Notes: generated from the letters alone by a model not told the origin. 64,000 bases of DNA from an uncultured Planctomycetota bacterium (GCA_963823665.1 CAWGMQ010000010.1:832001-896000), one strand, 5' to 3'. Positions 50,868 to 61,853 are shown, numbered from the stretch's first letter. A program made the numbers and translations.

Positions 50868-50960
50868 GATTCGAACCCACCGTTGTCACCAGCACAATCC
50901 ACGCGAACAAGCAGTTCCGGCTCCACCCTTCCACCGCGCAGCCAGCCATTCCTCGCCCCC

Positions 50961-52086
50961 TTACTTCTTGGCCAGCTCGCCGCCTCCCTTGGTCAGCTTC
51001 ATACGAAGGTAGGCTTCAATAAAGCCGTCGATCTCCCCATCCAGGACGGCCCGGGGATTCGTGGTCTCAAAGTCCGTCCGAAGGTCCTTGACGATCTGAT
51101 ACGGCTGCAGCACATACGACCGGATCTGGTTGCCGAAGCTCACTTCCCCCTTTTCGTCATACTTCTTGGCGTATTCGGCCTCGCGTTTCTCTTCTTCCAT
51201 GCGAATGAGCTTGGCCTTGAGCAGCGCCAGGGCATACGTGCCATTCTTGTGTTGCGACCGCTCGCTGCGCGATTCGGCGGCGATGCCCGTTGGAATATGC
51301 GTAAATCGAACGCCCGACTCCGTCTTGTTCTGGTGCTGGCCGCCCGGCCCGCCACAGCGGAAGACGTCGCGTTTCAGGTCTTCATCGCGTAGTACGATGT
51401 CAATCGTGTCGTCGACCTCGGGTAAAACGTCGACCGACGCGAACGACGTATGGCGGCGGGCGTTCGAATCAAACGGGCTGATCCGTACCAGCCGATGCAC
51501 GCCCGTCTCACCGCGGAGATAACCGTAGGCGTATTCGCCCTTGATGTGAACGGTGGCCTCCTGAATCCCTGCGGCCCCGCCGTCCTCGCGGTCGGTGATC
51601 TCCGTCTTGAAGCCCTTGGCCTCAGCCCACATCAAATACATCCGCAGCAGCATCTCCGACCAGTCGCACGCTTCCGTTCCCCCGGCCCCGGCGTGGATCG
51701 TCACATACGCGTTGCAGTGATCGTTCGGTCCGCCGAGCATCGACCGGAATTCGAACGCGTTGAACTCCGTCTCCGACGCTTTGGTCGAGGTTCTGACCTC
51801 GTCGTCAAACTCGTCGGTGCCTCCCTCCTCGTCCAGCTCGATCAACGTTTCAAGGTTCTCCGCCTGCCGAAGCAGCGCTTCGAACGGCTTGAGGACCGAA
51901 TTCAATGCCTTCAGCTCTTGAATGATCGACTTGGCTTTCTCCTGGTCGTTCCAGAATGCCGGGCCCGTCATCTGCGCATCGAGCTCTTCTCGGCGCACTT
52001 GCTTGTCGCCGAAGTCAAAGAGAGTCTCGAAGCAAGTGGATCTTCTCGATGACACTCTTCGCATTCCGTTTCAGCTCGGGGTCCAC
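50961..52086 (-). CDS. prfB: Peptide chain release factor 2 with programmed +1 frameshift
   Basis: GTG 52086, 23 codons (..LRDSL), CTT-TGA-C at 52020-52014, continuing in the +1 frame with SPF and GGQ motifs. Confidence 0.96.
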
Positions 52087-52329
52087 GGGATTAAGCTCCT
52101 CTCGCGTGTGCGCATTCGCGCGGGCTCGGGTCACGTCACATCAAGTCGCCCGCAACTGTTCTCCGGTGGGTGCACTGCTCGCCGCCCACACTCCTTATTA
52201 TTAGAGCCGAACGTGCCATCCCTGGCCAGCCGAACTGGCAATGGCCTCTCGTTTAGCTCACTTGAGGCATGCCCTCGAGGTTCGCGCGCAAGGCGCCGAT
52301 TGTCCCGCTCCGCAGTGGTCTGCTACGAT

Positions 52330-53001
52330 TGGCTCGGACCGTAACGAGCTCGACGGCAACCCCCAGACACCGAATCAAGAACTGGTGTTCATCGGCTCCG
52401 GTGTCAAGAAGGGAGGCGGAGCCGTGCAGTTCACAGTGAACATCGCCGGATCGATCCTCGCCGGCTCTAACCTCGCCGTGATTGGATACCAGATCCCAGG
52501 AAGACCGCCACGATGACCCTCAATGAGTCAGGCGAGATCGACGGCGACTTCACGGCGGGCATCTCCACTCTGGGAACGAAAAGTCCCAAACCAGGCCCCG
52601 TAAAGTTCAGCGCTCAGTCCACGGGCACGATCGGTGCCGGTGGCGATATCGACATGGGCGCAGTTGGAGGTAAACACAACGATGTCGCCACGATCTCGTA
52701 CTCGGGAACGAACAACGGCGAGATCGATGTGTTCGAGCTGGGCAACGGCGGCAGCGAAGACTTGAGCGCCGACATCTTCATGATCCCGGGCTCGACCGGT
52801 TCCGTCGGCTCCTCGAATAACCAGTCCATCGTCGAAGGATCCGGCAAAGATCAGCTCAGCTTTACCGTCGAGCAAGGCAATGACACGACAACGACGTCCA
52901 ACGTCTTCGCCCAGATCATCGGAAAGTCCAAGAAAGACAAGGTCACCCACACCGCCAACGTGATCGTGCAGACCAAAGGAAAGGTGACGCTCGCGACCTG
53001 A
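52330..53001 (+). pseudogene. Fragment of a Gly/Thr/Ser-rich extracellular protein; frameshift ~52500, no clear 5' end
   Basis: Coding-like beta-rich sequence in two frames (52241..52516 distal part, and 52513..53001). Confidence 0.45.
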
Positions 53002-53150
53002 GCCGCTTAATCGTGCGAGAGGTCGCCCGGGATGCCCTTCGCCCTCCGGTTGGGCGTGGGTCTCTGACCCCGCCCCGAGAGCGGGACCGAAGGTCTCCCT
53101 CCGCCCCTCCCCCACGATCGCCTCACGCCCTCCGCCACGCCCTGCTCGAT

Positions 53151-54101
53151 CTACTGTTTCGCGAACGGCAGCTTCCCCTTGCCCCGCGTCTTCGGCTCGC
53201 CGTATCGGTCGGTCTTGTCATAAACGCGCACGTAGTCCACGACCATGTCCACGGGAAACACCGTCGCCGCGTCCGGGTTACCCAAAAACCGCCCCCCCAC
53301 GGCGACGTTCATCACGATGTAAAACGGTTGATCAAACGGCGCCGGCCAGGGGTTCAAATCCGACTCGCGTCTCGGGTTGACCCCATTGCCGCGCCCGTCG
53401 CGCCCGCTGCTGCTCCACCAGAACGATTGTGTCTGATAGAGCTGCGCGTCCACATACCACCGCATCTCCCCCGGTTCCCATTCCAGCGTGTAGACATGAA
53501 AGTCCTCGATCGTACCACCTTGCGGAAAAACAAAGTCCTTTCCTTCATGCGTGTTCGCCGGCCAGCCCGACCCATAGTGGAGCGTGCCCAGCACTTTGTC
53601 CGGCTCCTGCCCCCGCGCCTCTATCACGTCGATCTCGCCCGAAGCCGCCCAGCCTCCGTACTTCTCTTCCTGCGGCAGCATCCAGAGCGCCGGCCATACC
53701 CCCTTGCCGGTCGGAAGCTTCGCCCGAAACTCGAACTTGCCGTATTTCTTGTCGAACAATGCCTTCCCTTCCGGTTTCCGCGTCTTGATGCGCGCAGACG
53801 TATAACCGAATCCGCCACGCTTTTCCTTGATCGCGCGGATATGAAGGGCCCCGTCCTCGAGGAACGCGTTCTTCGGCTCGGTCGTGTAATACTCGAGCTC
53901 GGCGTTGCCCCACCCGCCGTCCCCGTTGCCGGTGTCGAAGTCCCATTTCGCCCGGTCGATCTGTTTCCCGTCGAATTCGTCACTCCACACCAGCTTCCAG
54001 TCCGCCGCCGGCGGCCCCGAAGCCCGGTCCGCACCGACCAATCCCAACCCCAGAACCGCCCCAGCAGTCACCAGAACCCGGCACCATCGATATTCCCCCA
54101 C
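53151..54101 (-). CDS. Glycoside hydrolase family 16 (laminarinase-like)
   Basis: WKLVWSDEFDG, GWGNAELEYY, WPALWM, EIDVIE catalytic motif, VDYVRVY; start uncertain. Confidence 0.92.
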   Translation of the reverse strand: MGEYRWCRVLVTAGAVLGLGLVGADRASGPPAADWKLVWSDEFDGKQIDRAKWDFDTGNGDGGWGNAELEYYTTEPKNAFLEDGALHIRAIKEKRGGFGYTSARIKTRKPEGKALFDKKYGKFEFRAKLPTGKGVWPALWMLPQEEKYGGWAASGEIDVIEARGQEPDKVLGTLHYGSGWPANTHEGKDFVFPQGGTIEDFHVYTLEWEPGEMRWYVDAQLYQTQSFWWSSSGRDGRGNGVNPRRESDLNPWPAPFDQPFYIVMNVAVGGRFLGNPDAATVFPVDMVVDYVRVYDKTDRYGEPKTRGKGKLPFAKQ

Positions 54102-54136
54102 GCCCGGCCTCCAAACTCTGACGGAGCCCCACGACC

Positions 54137-54225
54137 CTGATCCTGATCTTGTTCCTAATCTTAATCCTAATCCTGATCCTAATCTCATTCCCATTCTTCT
54201 TCGTAACCTCGTTCCCAATCCTGCT
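54137..54225 (+). repeat. Degenerate hexamer low-complexity repeat (CCTAAT/CCTGAT-like)
   Basis: cctgat cctgat cttgtt cctaat cttaat cctaat cctgat cctaat ctcatt cccatt... Confidence 0.75.
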
Positions 54226-54307
54226 CTCTCTTCTCCCCTGATCCCATCTCCCCAGTAGCTAATCCCAACAGCTCAAGCACGAGCATCATTCGCCATTCTC
54301 AGACCAA

Positions 54308-54570
54308 TCAGCGCGACCAGATCGGTCGGACTAGGACGGCCCCGTTACCCGCCGCCGGGCACCGCGCCGCCCAAGAGATCGCGGCATCAAGATCGGGCAC
54401 GTCGATGAGAAAGGATCCGCCGAGTTGTTCTTTCAACTCGGCGTAGGGACCGGCGCTCATGAGTGTCCCGTATCGCCGGATGCACTCGACAAGCTCTTTT
54501 GCCGACTTGCCCCGAATCGTGGCGGGCCGGGCAGAATCAAGCACGACGCGCGCAAACTTGCGCTCGCCTC
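54308..54570 (-). pseudogene. Chimeric duplicate: piece of the HEAT gene 3' region fused in frame to the 3' end of the YciI gene
   Basis: LDSARPATIRGKSAKELVECIRRYGTLMSA copies ~55475-55590; GPYAELKEQLGG..RPIWSR copies ~54768-54912. Confidence 0.85.
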
Positions 54571-54592
54571 TGTGTCCCTATCTTGCGTTGGG

Positions 54593-54727
54593 CTCCCGCA
54601 GACCCCAAAAACTGCGTCATCAGCGTCATCTCCTTCCCGTAAAAGCACTTACGAATGACGAAGTTTTTGGGAGCCAAAAGCAAGTCGAAGCAACTCGTGA
54701 CGTTGTCATCAGTTGCGAATGACGCAG
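54593..54727 (-). repeat. Nested inverted-repeat module (X..X..X'X'), unit CTGCGTCAT
   Basis: Reverse complement aligns end to end with 31551-31680. Confidence 0.85.
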
Positions 54728-54767
54728 CGGCGCCGGCTTACATGAAGATTGAGAGGCTCGCCGGCAA

Positions 54768-55115
54768 TCACCGACTCCACACCGGCCGCACCTCCACCGC
54801 GCCATGCCCGGCCCCCGGACAGCGCGCCGCCCATGAGATCGCAGCATCAAGATCGGGCACATCGATCATGAAGTACCCGCCGAGTTGTTCCTTCAGCTCG
54901 GCGTACGGCCCGTCCATCACCTTGTTTTTGCCATCCACGACGCGAACCGTGGTGGCCGTCGAAATCGGGCGCAGGCGATTCGACCCCTTGAGCACGCCGG
55001 CCTCGGTGAGCGCTTCACTGTACGCTTGATAGGCCGCCATTCCGCTTTCCTGCTCCGCCGGCGTCATTTTCTGCCACCCGGCCTCATCCGCGTAGAGCAA
55101 CAACAGGTACTGCAT
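54768..55115 (-). CDS. YciI/DGPF family protein
   Basis: MQYLLLLY, DGPYAELKEQLGGYF, VEVRP; GGAGG RBS. Confidence 0.9.
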   Translation of the reverse strand: MQYLLLLYADEAGWQKMTPAEQESGMAAYQAYSEALTEAGVLKGSNRLRPISTATTVRVVDGKNKVMDGPYAELKEQLGGYFMIDVPDLDAAISWAARCPGAGHGAVEVRPVWSR

Positions 55116-55244
55116 GGGTATCCTCCAGTTCCGTCACTGGCGCGCACCATGCGTCGCCACCACGGTCATGTCGATCGAGCGACCACGGTTTCGACGCCCG
55201 CGTGCACAGGAAAACGCGAATTCTTATACAGCAGTCGATTTCTA

Positions 55245-55274
55245 CTGTAGCAGGCACACACCGTGTGCCGTCCG
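55245..55274 (+). repeat. GTAG-type REP palindrome
   Basis: CTGTAGCAGGCACACACCGTGTGCCGTCCG; one mismatch to 26801-26830. Confidence 0.8.
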
Positions 55275-55314
55275 CCCGTCCCAAGAAACAGCGTCCCGAA
55301 TCACCCTGTGGCTC

Positions 55315-57519
55315 TCATTTCGACCCAGTCGCGGGAACCGGCGGCGCCGGCGGCTTGGCCGATCCGTCACCCGTCGACACACCGCGAAGCGCCCGGCTGA
55401 TCGCCTGCAGATCGGCCAGGACAATGGGGTCCTCTTCGTCGGCGATCATCGTCTTGAGCCGAGCTTCCTGCAGGGCGCTCATGAGTGGCCCGAATCGCCG
55501 GATGCTCTCGACAAGCTCCTTCGCCGACTTGTCCCGAATCGCGGCCGGCCGGGCAGGATCAAGCACCACGTCCGCAAGGTTGCGCTGCGCATCCGGGTCC
55601 GCCACATGACTGAGAGCCGCTGCCGCGGCTGCAACAGTCTCGTCTGAATTCAAGGCCGCCGCCAGCGCCTGCTCGGCGACAGTTGAATCGACGGCCAGCG
55701 GGCTCCCCGCCTGCTTCGCCAACCCGGCGATCAGATCGGCGGCCTCCCGCGCGTATCCGCCCCGTTCCACGGCATCCAGCGCGTTCGGCAATTCCTTCAT
55801 CTGTTTCTTGAGCATCGCCGCATCAACCGGCTGAACCAGGAACCGGATCCCCGGGAAGTTCCGTTCGAGGTTCGGATGTTCATACGCGACGTTGAGCGGA
55901 CCGTAAATGAATACAGGAATCGCCGCGGTGCGTGCGTCGGACTTCAGATTCGTCAGCGTCTCGTTCACGGTCCACTGCTGACCGAACAGGTCGTGGCTGA
56001 TCAAGATCAGCTCCACATCCGCGGCCGCGGCGGCGGCCCCGAACCCGCGTGCCCCCGTCACTTCCAGCTCCGAGTCATACCCCAGATTGATGAGGAAGCC
56101 TGCAAGCTGGCTCCCCCGATTCGGATTGGCGTCAATCACGATGGCACGCCCCAGCTCCTGCTTGGGCAGGAACCGGGCCAGAGTCGGGACGACTCGGCCT
56201 GATCCGGGAAAAGCCGCTCTAGGTGCCAGCTTCACAATCGCCTTGGCCGCCGCAAATTGCAGCCGCCGGCCCGGACGGTAAAGAGCATCGACGAGCGCAT
56301 GCGGCCGCCCCGTCGCAGCAAGCGCATTCGCTTCGGTCACTTCGCCGAGCGCCGTGGCCAGCACCGCGGCGAGATCCGTCTTCCCATCGGCAATCGCAGT
56401 CTTGAGCGCTTCGGTCACAATCGACGGCCCAGCAGCCGTCGCAGCCTTGAATTCCGCCTGATCCCGGGGATTGAACTTGGTGAAACCGGCTCGCTCGATG
56501 GCTTTCTCGAGGTTCAGGCTCAACTCGACAACCCGCGCGTTTCGATCGGTCGGCGACAGGGCCAGTGCATCCTTGACGAAGCGATTGCCCAGAATCGCTT
56601 CAGCCTCGGTGCGGGGCACGCGTTTCGATACGGGAAGACCGCGCTCTTTGTCCCACGTCCAGACAGCTACCGGCTCCGCACCCAGATCGGCCTGGTGACG
56701 ATGCAACCGCCACGCCGCATCCGAGAGCACCTCGACCGGTGTGCGCTCCTGCGCCGCAAACGGCCGCCCCGTGAGCCGCTCGATCGCCGCTTGCGCAGCC
56801 TTCCTGACCTCCGGTGCGGCCTTGGGCGAGGCCGCGGCAAACGTCAAATCCGGAATGCTCCGTCTGTCGCCAAGTGCGCCTAGCACAGTTGCGGCATCAG
56901 CCGCCAGCGTCGCGTCCGGGCTATCGAGCACCGCCACGAATGCCGGCACCGCCGAGCGGTCCAGCCGCTCGGCATTCTTCAAGATCATTCGCCGGTCCTC
57001 GGCCGAAAGCCCGGGCCGCGCCAGCGCCTCGACAACAAACGGGACCGCATCCGCTCCAGCTTCCCTGAGCCGTCGGACCGCGTAATTCTGCTCATCCTCG
57101 GATTTCGTCAGCGCGGCGGCGAACCGCGCCAGTCGCTTTGGGTCGGTCGCGAATTTCCGCGCCGCGGCGATCATCGCTTCCGCCAGCGGCTCGGCATAAG
57201 CCCGTGTCCCCGCGTGGTCGGCCAGACTCAGAACCGAGCTCGGCCCATACCGCATTCGGATCATCTCGAGGGTCGCGTCATCGGGCTTGCCCTTCACGAA
57301 TTTCTCAATATAGGGCAATGCCTTCTTCTCCTGTCCCGTCCGCAGCAAGTAGTCAACGGCATCCCAAAGTTCCAGTGGAGTTTGCGGCTCCTTGGCAAAA
57401 AGTTCATTCCCCGGCACCTGTGCACGCAGCGGAACGAAGTGCCCCGCCACGAAAACGAGTGAAAAAGCAATCGCCATCGCGAGCGAAGGACCGTTTTTCA
57501 GCATGAACTTGCTGCCCAT
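55315..57519 (-). CDS. HEAT-repeat protein with a degenerate receiver-like domain
   Basis: N-terminal hydrophobic segment, HEAT-like repeats (AADAATVLGALGD), RAIVIDAN..ELILIS..DARTAAIPVFI. Confidence 0.75.
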   Translation of the reverse strand: MGSKFMLKNGPSLAMAIAFSLVFVAGHFVPLRAQVPGNELFAKEPQTPLELWDAVDYLLRTGQEKKALPYIEKFVKGKPDDATLEMIRMRYGPSSVLSLADHAGTRAYAEPLAEAMIAAARKFATDPKRLARFAAALTKSEDEQNYAVRRLREAGADAVPFVVEALARPGLSAEDRRMILKNAERLDRSAVPAFVAVLDSPDATLAADAATVLGALGDRRSIPDLTFAAASPKAAPEVRKAAQAAIERLTGRPFAAQERTPVEVLSDAAWRLHRHQADLGAEPVAVWTWDKERGLPVSKRVPRTEAEAILGNRFVKDALALSPTDRNARVVELSLNLEKAIERAGFTKFNPRDQAEFKAATAAGPSIVTEALKTAIADGKTDLAAVLATALGEVTEANALAATGRPHALVDALYRPGRRLQFAAAKAIVKLAPRAAFPGSGRVVPTLARFLPKQELGRAIVIDANPNRGSQLAGFLINLGYDSELEVTGARGFGAAAAAADVELILISHDLFGQQWTVNETLTNLKSDARTAAIPVFIYGPLNVAYEHPNLERNFPGIRFLVQPVDAAMLKKQMKELPNALDAVERGGYAREAADLIAGLAKQAGSPLAVDSTVAEQALAAALNSDETVAAAAAALSHVADPDAQRNLADVVLDPARPAAIRDKSAKELVESIRRFGPLMSALQEARLKTMIADEEDPIVLADLQAISRALRGVSTGDGSAKPPAPPVPATGSK

Positions 57520-57786
57520 ATCGATACACCTGAAAGGTATGCTCGTCGCGGGAGTGCCAATTCCGTCACGACCGGGGAGAAAGCAATCGCGGTGGCCGAG
57601 AGTGTTCGCGGCACCGCCAAGACGGGAAAAGAACCGACCACCGGCTCCTATGGTTATACCACACAACCGATTGCAGAGCATTCCGCCCCCAACGCAGCAT
57701 TCCTCCCCCCGCGTGGGGGGAGGTGCCGCCCCAGGCGGCGGAGGGAGGCTGGCGCGCAGGTAAGGCCTCGCCTCGCGGCTCTCGTA

Positions 57787-58879
57787 GTTCGTTTTGTAGA
57801 TTCGACGCGCGTCCTTTCCCCACAAGGATTAAGGGAATGAGCCCCGCGCACTTGTCCGCCTAGGAAGGGAAGTGCCGCTGCAGGGCGTTCGCGAGCAGGA
57901 AAGACCATAGAACCGAGGTTCTGGGCGCCGTCAGTTTCCGTGTTGCCTGACACCCGGCCCGCCGCGTGGGGTGTGCAACACAAACGCGCCCCCCCGAAAG
58001 TGCCGTCATGCCGTCAGCGCCTTACTGGGATTGGACTTACGTCTGACGGCACGACTTGGCCCCCGAACTCCATTTCGACACATCTCTTTTCGTTCTTGAC
58101 GCTTTCGCCTGACGGCACTTCTGCCGGCGCCCGCCATTTTCCGGGAGTTCGCAGGCGTCTCGTCAACCCCGATCAGCCCGCGCACCCCATCGTCGCCTTT
58201 CGCTCCGAAAGATGCCCGAAAAACATAGTGAACAGCATCGGCGATTTGCCGTGGCAATTTTGCGTGGCACGTGCCACGAGCTCTTGGTACCGCCGAAAAA
58301 TGCACCGCCGTTCTCCTATTCGATGATGCTCATTGAACTTACAGAACGCTCAAACCGCCCGATGAAACCGTCGCACGCGTCGAAAAATGGCAAAAAGTGG
58401 CAATATTCCGAGGGCCTTCCAGCATCCGTACACTACTGTAAATTGCCCGCTCTCGGCAGCGCCCATTCGGCTTGTCCCTCGCTTGATGAAATCTCGCTCA
58501 ACGCACTCGGAATCATGCTCGGTTCTCGCAAGGATTGGATTTGGACGAAGGAGTGCGCGGGAACCCATCCCGAGCGGGTCAGGCGTTCAGCCTGACGTTC
58601 TATCCTATTCCTCCATATACAATATGCGATGACTCTGCGGATTCGTGGCGCCGTCGACCGGGAGATTTCCAGAAAGGTTCCGGGTTCCAACGATCAGATC
58701 GAGTAAGTAAGAAAACTCAGTCGGAATGGGCGCGCTGGCGCGGCGCTGTCCGGCCGAGACACCTCTCGGCAGACCCGCCGTTTCCCGCACCGAACGGCCG
58801 CAGGCTCCTTGGGGCCGACACTCCTGTCGGCCACGCCCCGGCCATGTCCCGCCCAAACGGGGCGCCGGTCAATAGCCAG
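57787..58879 (-). repeat. Large non-coding dispersed element, copy 2
   Basis: Reverse complement is collinear with 24731-26161 over the same conserved blocks. Confidence 0.9.
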
Positions 58880-58895
58880 CCCCTGGAACACTTCC

Positions 58896-60813
58896 TCACC
58901 GCCGCCCGTTCAAAACCTGATCGAGCTTGCGCTCGAGCGCCTCCAGCCGCTCCAGAATCTTCGCGTGCGACGTTCGCTCGTCTTTCTCGCCCAGCAGCCG
59001 GTCCACCTTCCGCTCCAGCTCCCTTAGCCGGTCGCGCATCGTCGCATCAATCGCCTGGTCCTTTGGGCCCCCGGGCTCGTTGACCGGTTCCCGGCCCGCG
59101 TCGATCGCGATCGCCACGCGCACGATCATGTCTGCCTTGCGCGTGTGATCAGGGTTGGGAATCGTCGCCAGTATCTTCGTCTTCTGAGTTTCCTGATCGA
59201 GGCCTGAAAAGACGCGATCCACCTTGGCCTCCACCACTCCATCCTCGAAAGCGAAGCGCACGCTGATTTTCTGGCCAACCTTGACCTTGTGCGCGTCTTC
59301 CCCATCGACGGACGCAATAACCCGTAGAAAATCATCCTGAGCGATCGTCAGCAACGTGTCGTTTCGATCGTACTGATTCCCCGGAACAACGTCGCGCTGA
59401 ATGACAACTCCGTCGACGCGGGACCTCACAGTCATCCTCGCCCTCTCCGTCCGATCGCTCGCATTTGCGTTTTCCAGGTCCTCGATCTCCCGATCCGTCA
59501 CCCCCATGACACGCAGCTTTTCCTTCGCCGTGGCTGCGGCCAGCCGGCTCTTCATCTCGTCATTCCGGCTATCGATGAGCGCCTGATGGGAAATTGCGTT
59601 TTCGGCCGCCAGGCGCGACTTCTGCTCGGAGATTCTGCGGTCGCGGTCATGCTGCACGCTTGCCATTTGGAAGTCATTCTTTGCCGCGGCCAGATCCGCG
59701 CTGAAGGCTTCGACCAGCGGATCGCCCCTCTTGACGCGCTGGCCCAGGTGAACCAGCACCCTTTCGACCAAGCAGTCAAACCGAGGGTGAATCTTGACGA
59801 TCGCATCCGGGTTGAAATCGGTTCTGCCGACGACCTGCAGCACCCCAGGCGAGTCGTTCCGCCCAGCCATGGCCCCGTCGCGTGGCCGGCCGGACACATC
59901 CTTCCCCGTCGCCTGCTGTGCCGCGACGAAACTGCCGAACCCAAGCACACAAAGACCACACAGCACGAGGGCTGCCACTCTTAGCTTCTCGAACACCATG
60001 GATTTCAAGACCCCCTGTGTCAGCTCGACGACCGCCGACGAAACCAACCCCCCCCGCAGCGCCTTTGTTCGCAGTCCCGCATCCCGCCTGCGTGATCGAA
60101 TTGACCAGATGTTCGGGTAACCCCGGCCGCAATGAGCTCACCGGCATCACAAGCAGATAGGGCCGCCCGCGTTTCTCGAGCCGCACCCGCAGCCGCACCC
60201 GCGCCCGTGTCAACCTGATCTTCACCGTCCCGAGCGGCCACCGCAGCCTGCTTGCAGCCTGCTCGTGCGTGAGCCCCTCCAGGTAGCACAGCACGATCGG
60301 CAACCGGTATTTCTCCGGCAATCGCTCGATCTCCGCATGCAACTCCGGATAAGGGTCGGGTTCAAGAGGCGCGAGTGCAGCTTCGATCGCCGGAATCGCC
60401 CGCTGCGCCGCCCGCAATTCGAATCGCCTCCGTCGCGCTTCCTGCATCCGAATATGCCCCGCTGCCCGCCGCGCCACCCCGAACAGCCAGCTCGAGACCG
60501 AAGTCCGCTTCCGGATCGCCCCCGCCCGCCGCGCCAGCACCAGAAACGTCGCCTGCACGGCATCCTGGGCATCGTGATGATCCTTGAGTGCCTGCCGGCA
60601 CACCCGAAAAACCATCGCCCCATGCCGCTCGACCAGCGCCGCAAACGCGAACTCTCTCCCGGAATCGCCACACCGCAAGAACCGGTCAATTAATTCGCTA
60701 TCGCTCAAATCCCCGGCGATCCCGGAGTGAAACAACTCGTCGATTCGCCGCAGCGCCAACTTCGCCGCGGACCCCTTGAACATGCCCGGACCTCCTGGCT
60801 CACCTTTCGACAC
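58896..60813 (-). CDS. ECF sigma factor fused via a TM helix to an RND-type membrane-fusion (periplasmic adaptor) domain; frameshift in C8 run 60048-60055
   Basis: SDSELIDRF..AFAALVERHG..DAVQATFLVL (sigma2), LPEKYRLPIVLCYLEG..WPLGTVK (sigma4); then VELTQGVLKSM, TM, VHLGQRVKRGDPL and TVRSRVDGVVI lipoyl halves. Confidence 0.8.
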
Positions 60814-60988
60814 TCACCATAGTAGTGTCGCGATGCCGCCCGTTCCGATTCATGCTCGGAAATTTTTCCAGTCTTGATTCTCGTTTTACCGACGCGCGCC
60901 AATTCTCCTCTCCTTTGAAGAGCCCCGGTCGCGCGATCATCGTTGCCGTGCGTCGAATCGCTCGCGCTGAAATAGCGTAGCGATTCGT

Positions 60989-61291
60989 TCACGAACGCTT
61001 TCGCGCCTTCGAGGCCGCCTTCCGCTTGGGAGCCGGCTTCGCGCTTGTAATTCCTAGCCCCGCCTCCACCTCCCCGAGAGGAACTGACGTGCCACTGGCC
61101 CGCCGTTTTCCGATCATCCGCCAGAATTCCTCAGAAGTCGCTAGCTTGACGTCTTCCCTGTCGTAATCTTCGATTCCCACCAGCACGGCGCAGGGCTTGC
61201 CTCGGCGCGAAATCACGACGCGCTCGCTCTGTGCACGGGTCAAGATAGAGTCCAGATCTGCTTTGAGCTCTTTGTCCGGGATGTTCTTCAT
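60989..61291 (-). CDS. Phd/YefM family antitoxin
   Basis: ELKADLDSILTRAQSERVVISRRGKPCAVLVGIE; GGAGG RBS. Confidence 0.85.
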   Translation of the reverse strand: MKNIPDKELKADLDSILTRAQSERVVISRRGKPCAVLVGIEDYDREDVKLATSEEFWRMIGKRRASGTSVPLGEVEAGLGITSAKPAPKRKAASKARKRS

Positions 61292-61406
61292 ACAATATCC
61301 TCCGTACGATGCCGGGGCGCGCAGCACTCACCAGTAGCCGTCCATCACCATTGCACAGGCAGGCAGTGAAGCAAGATATTCAGACGCCTGCGCGCCACGT
61401 TGCCGC

Positions 61407-61853
61407 TCAGCCGTTGACCGACATCCCGTCAAGGATCGCGCGTATCGTCTGTTCCGAGTACGGGCGGTCCGTGATCTCCACCACGCTGTGTGTCGACAAT
61501 GGGTCGGGCCGTTCGCTGCAATGAATTACCCAGTGATTGCCCTCGAAATACAGGCTGGCGATGTCGTCGTAAGCCGGCGCAACGTACAGATCGACCGCCC
61601 CTTCGGCGCCAGGGACGTATCGTGCGACTGGGTTCAAAACGGCCTCGACCGTGTTCTTCTCCATCAGCAAGACCGGAACTTTATACACCCCGAGTCGCCG
61701 TTCGTTGACCGTCTTTGCGATCCGCCGTGTGTGCCAGCCCGACATCTTGGCCCATCCCTCAACGTCATCGATGAGGGCATCCAGCCGCCCCACCCATTCG
61801 GCCTTCACGTTCTCCGGGTCTTCAGTCCGTGGCCTCGCTTCGCCCGTCGCCAT
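61407..61853 (-). CDS. Hypothetical protein
   Basis: 148-aa ORF with GGAGG upstream and protein-like composition. Confidence 0.65.
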   Translation of the reverse strand: MATGEARPRTEDPENVKAEWVGRLDALIDDVEGWAKMSGWHTRRIAKTVNERRLGVYKVPVLLMEKNTVEAVLNPVARYVPGAEGAVDLYVAPAYDDIASLYFEGNHWVIHCSERPDPLSTHSVVEITDRPYSEQTIRAILDGMSVNG

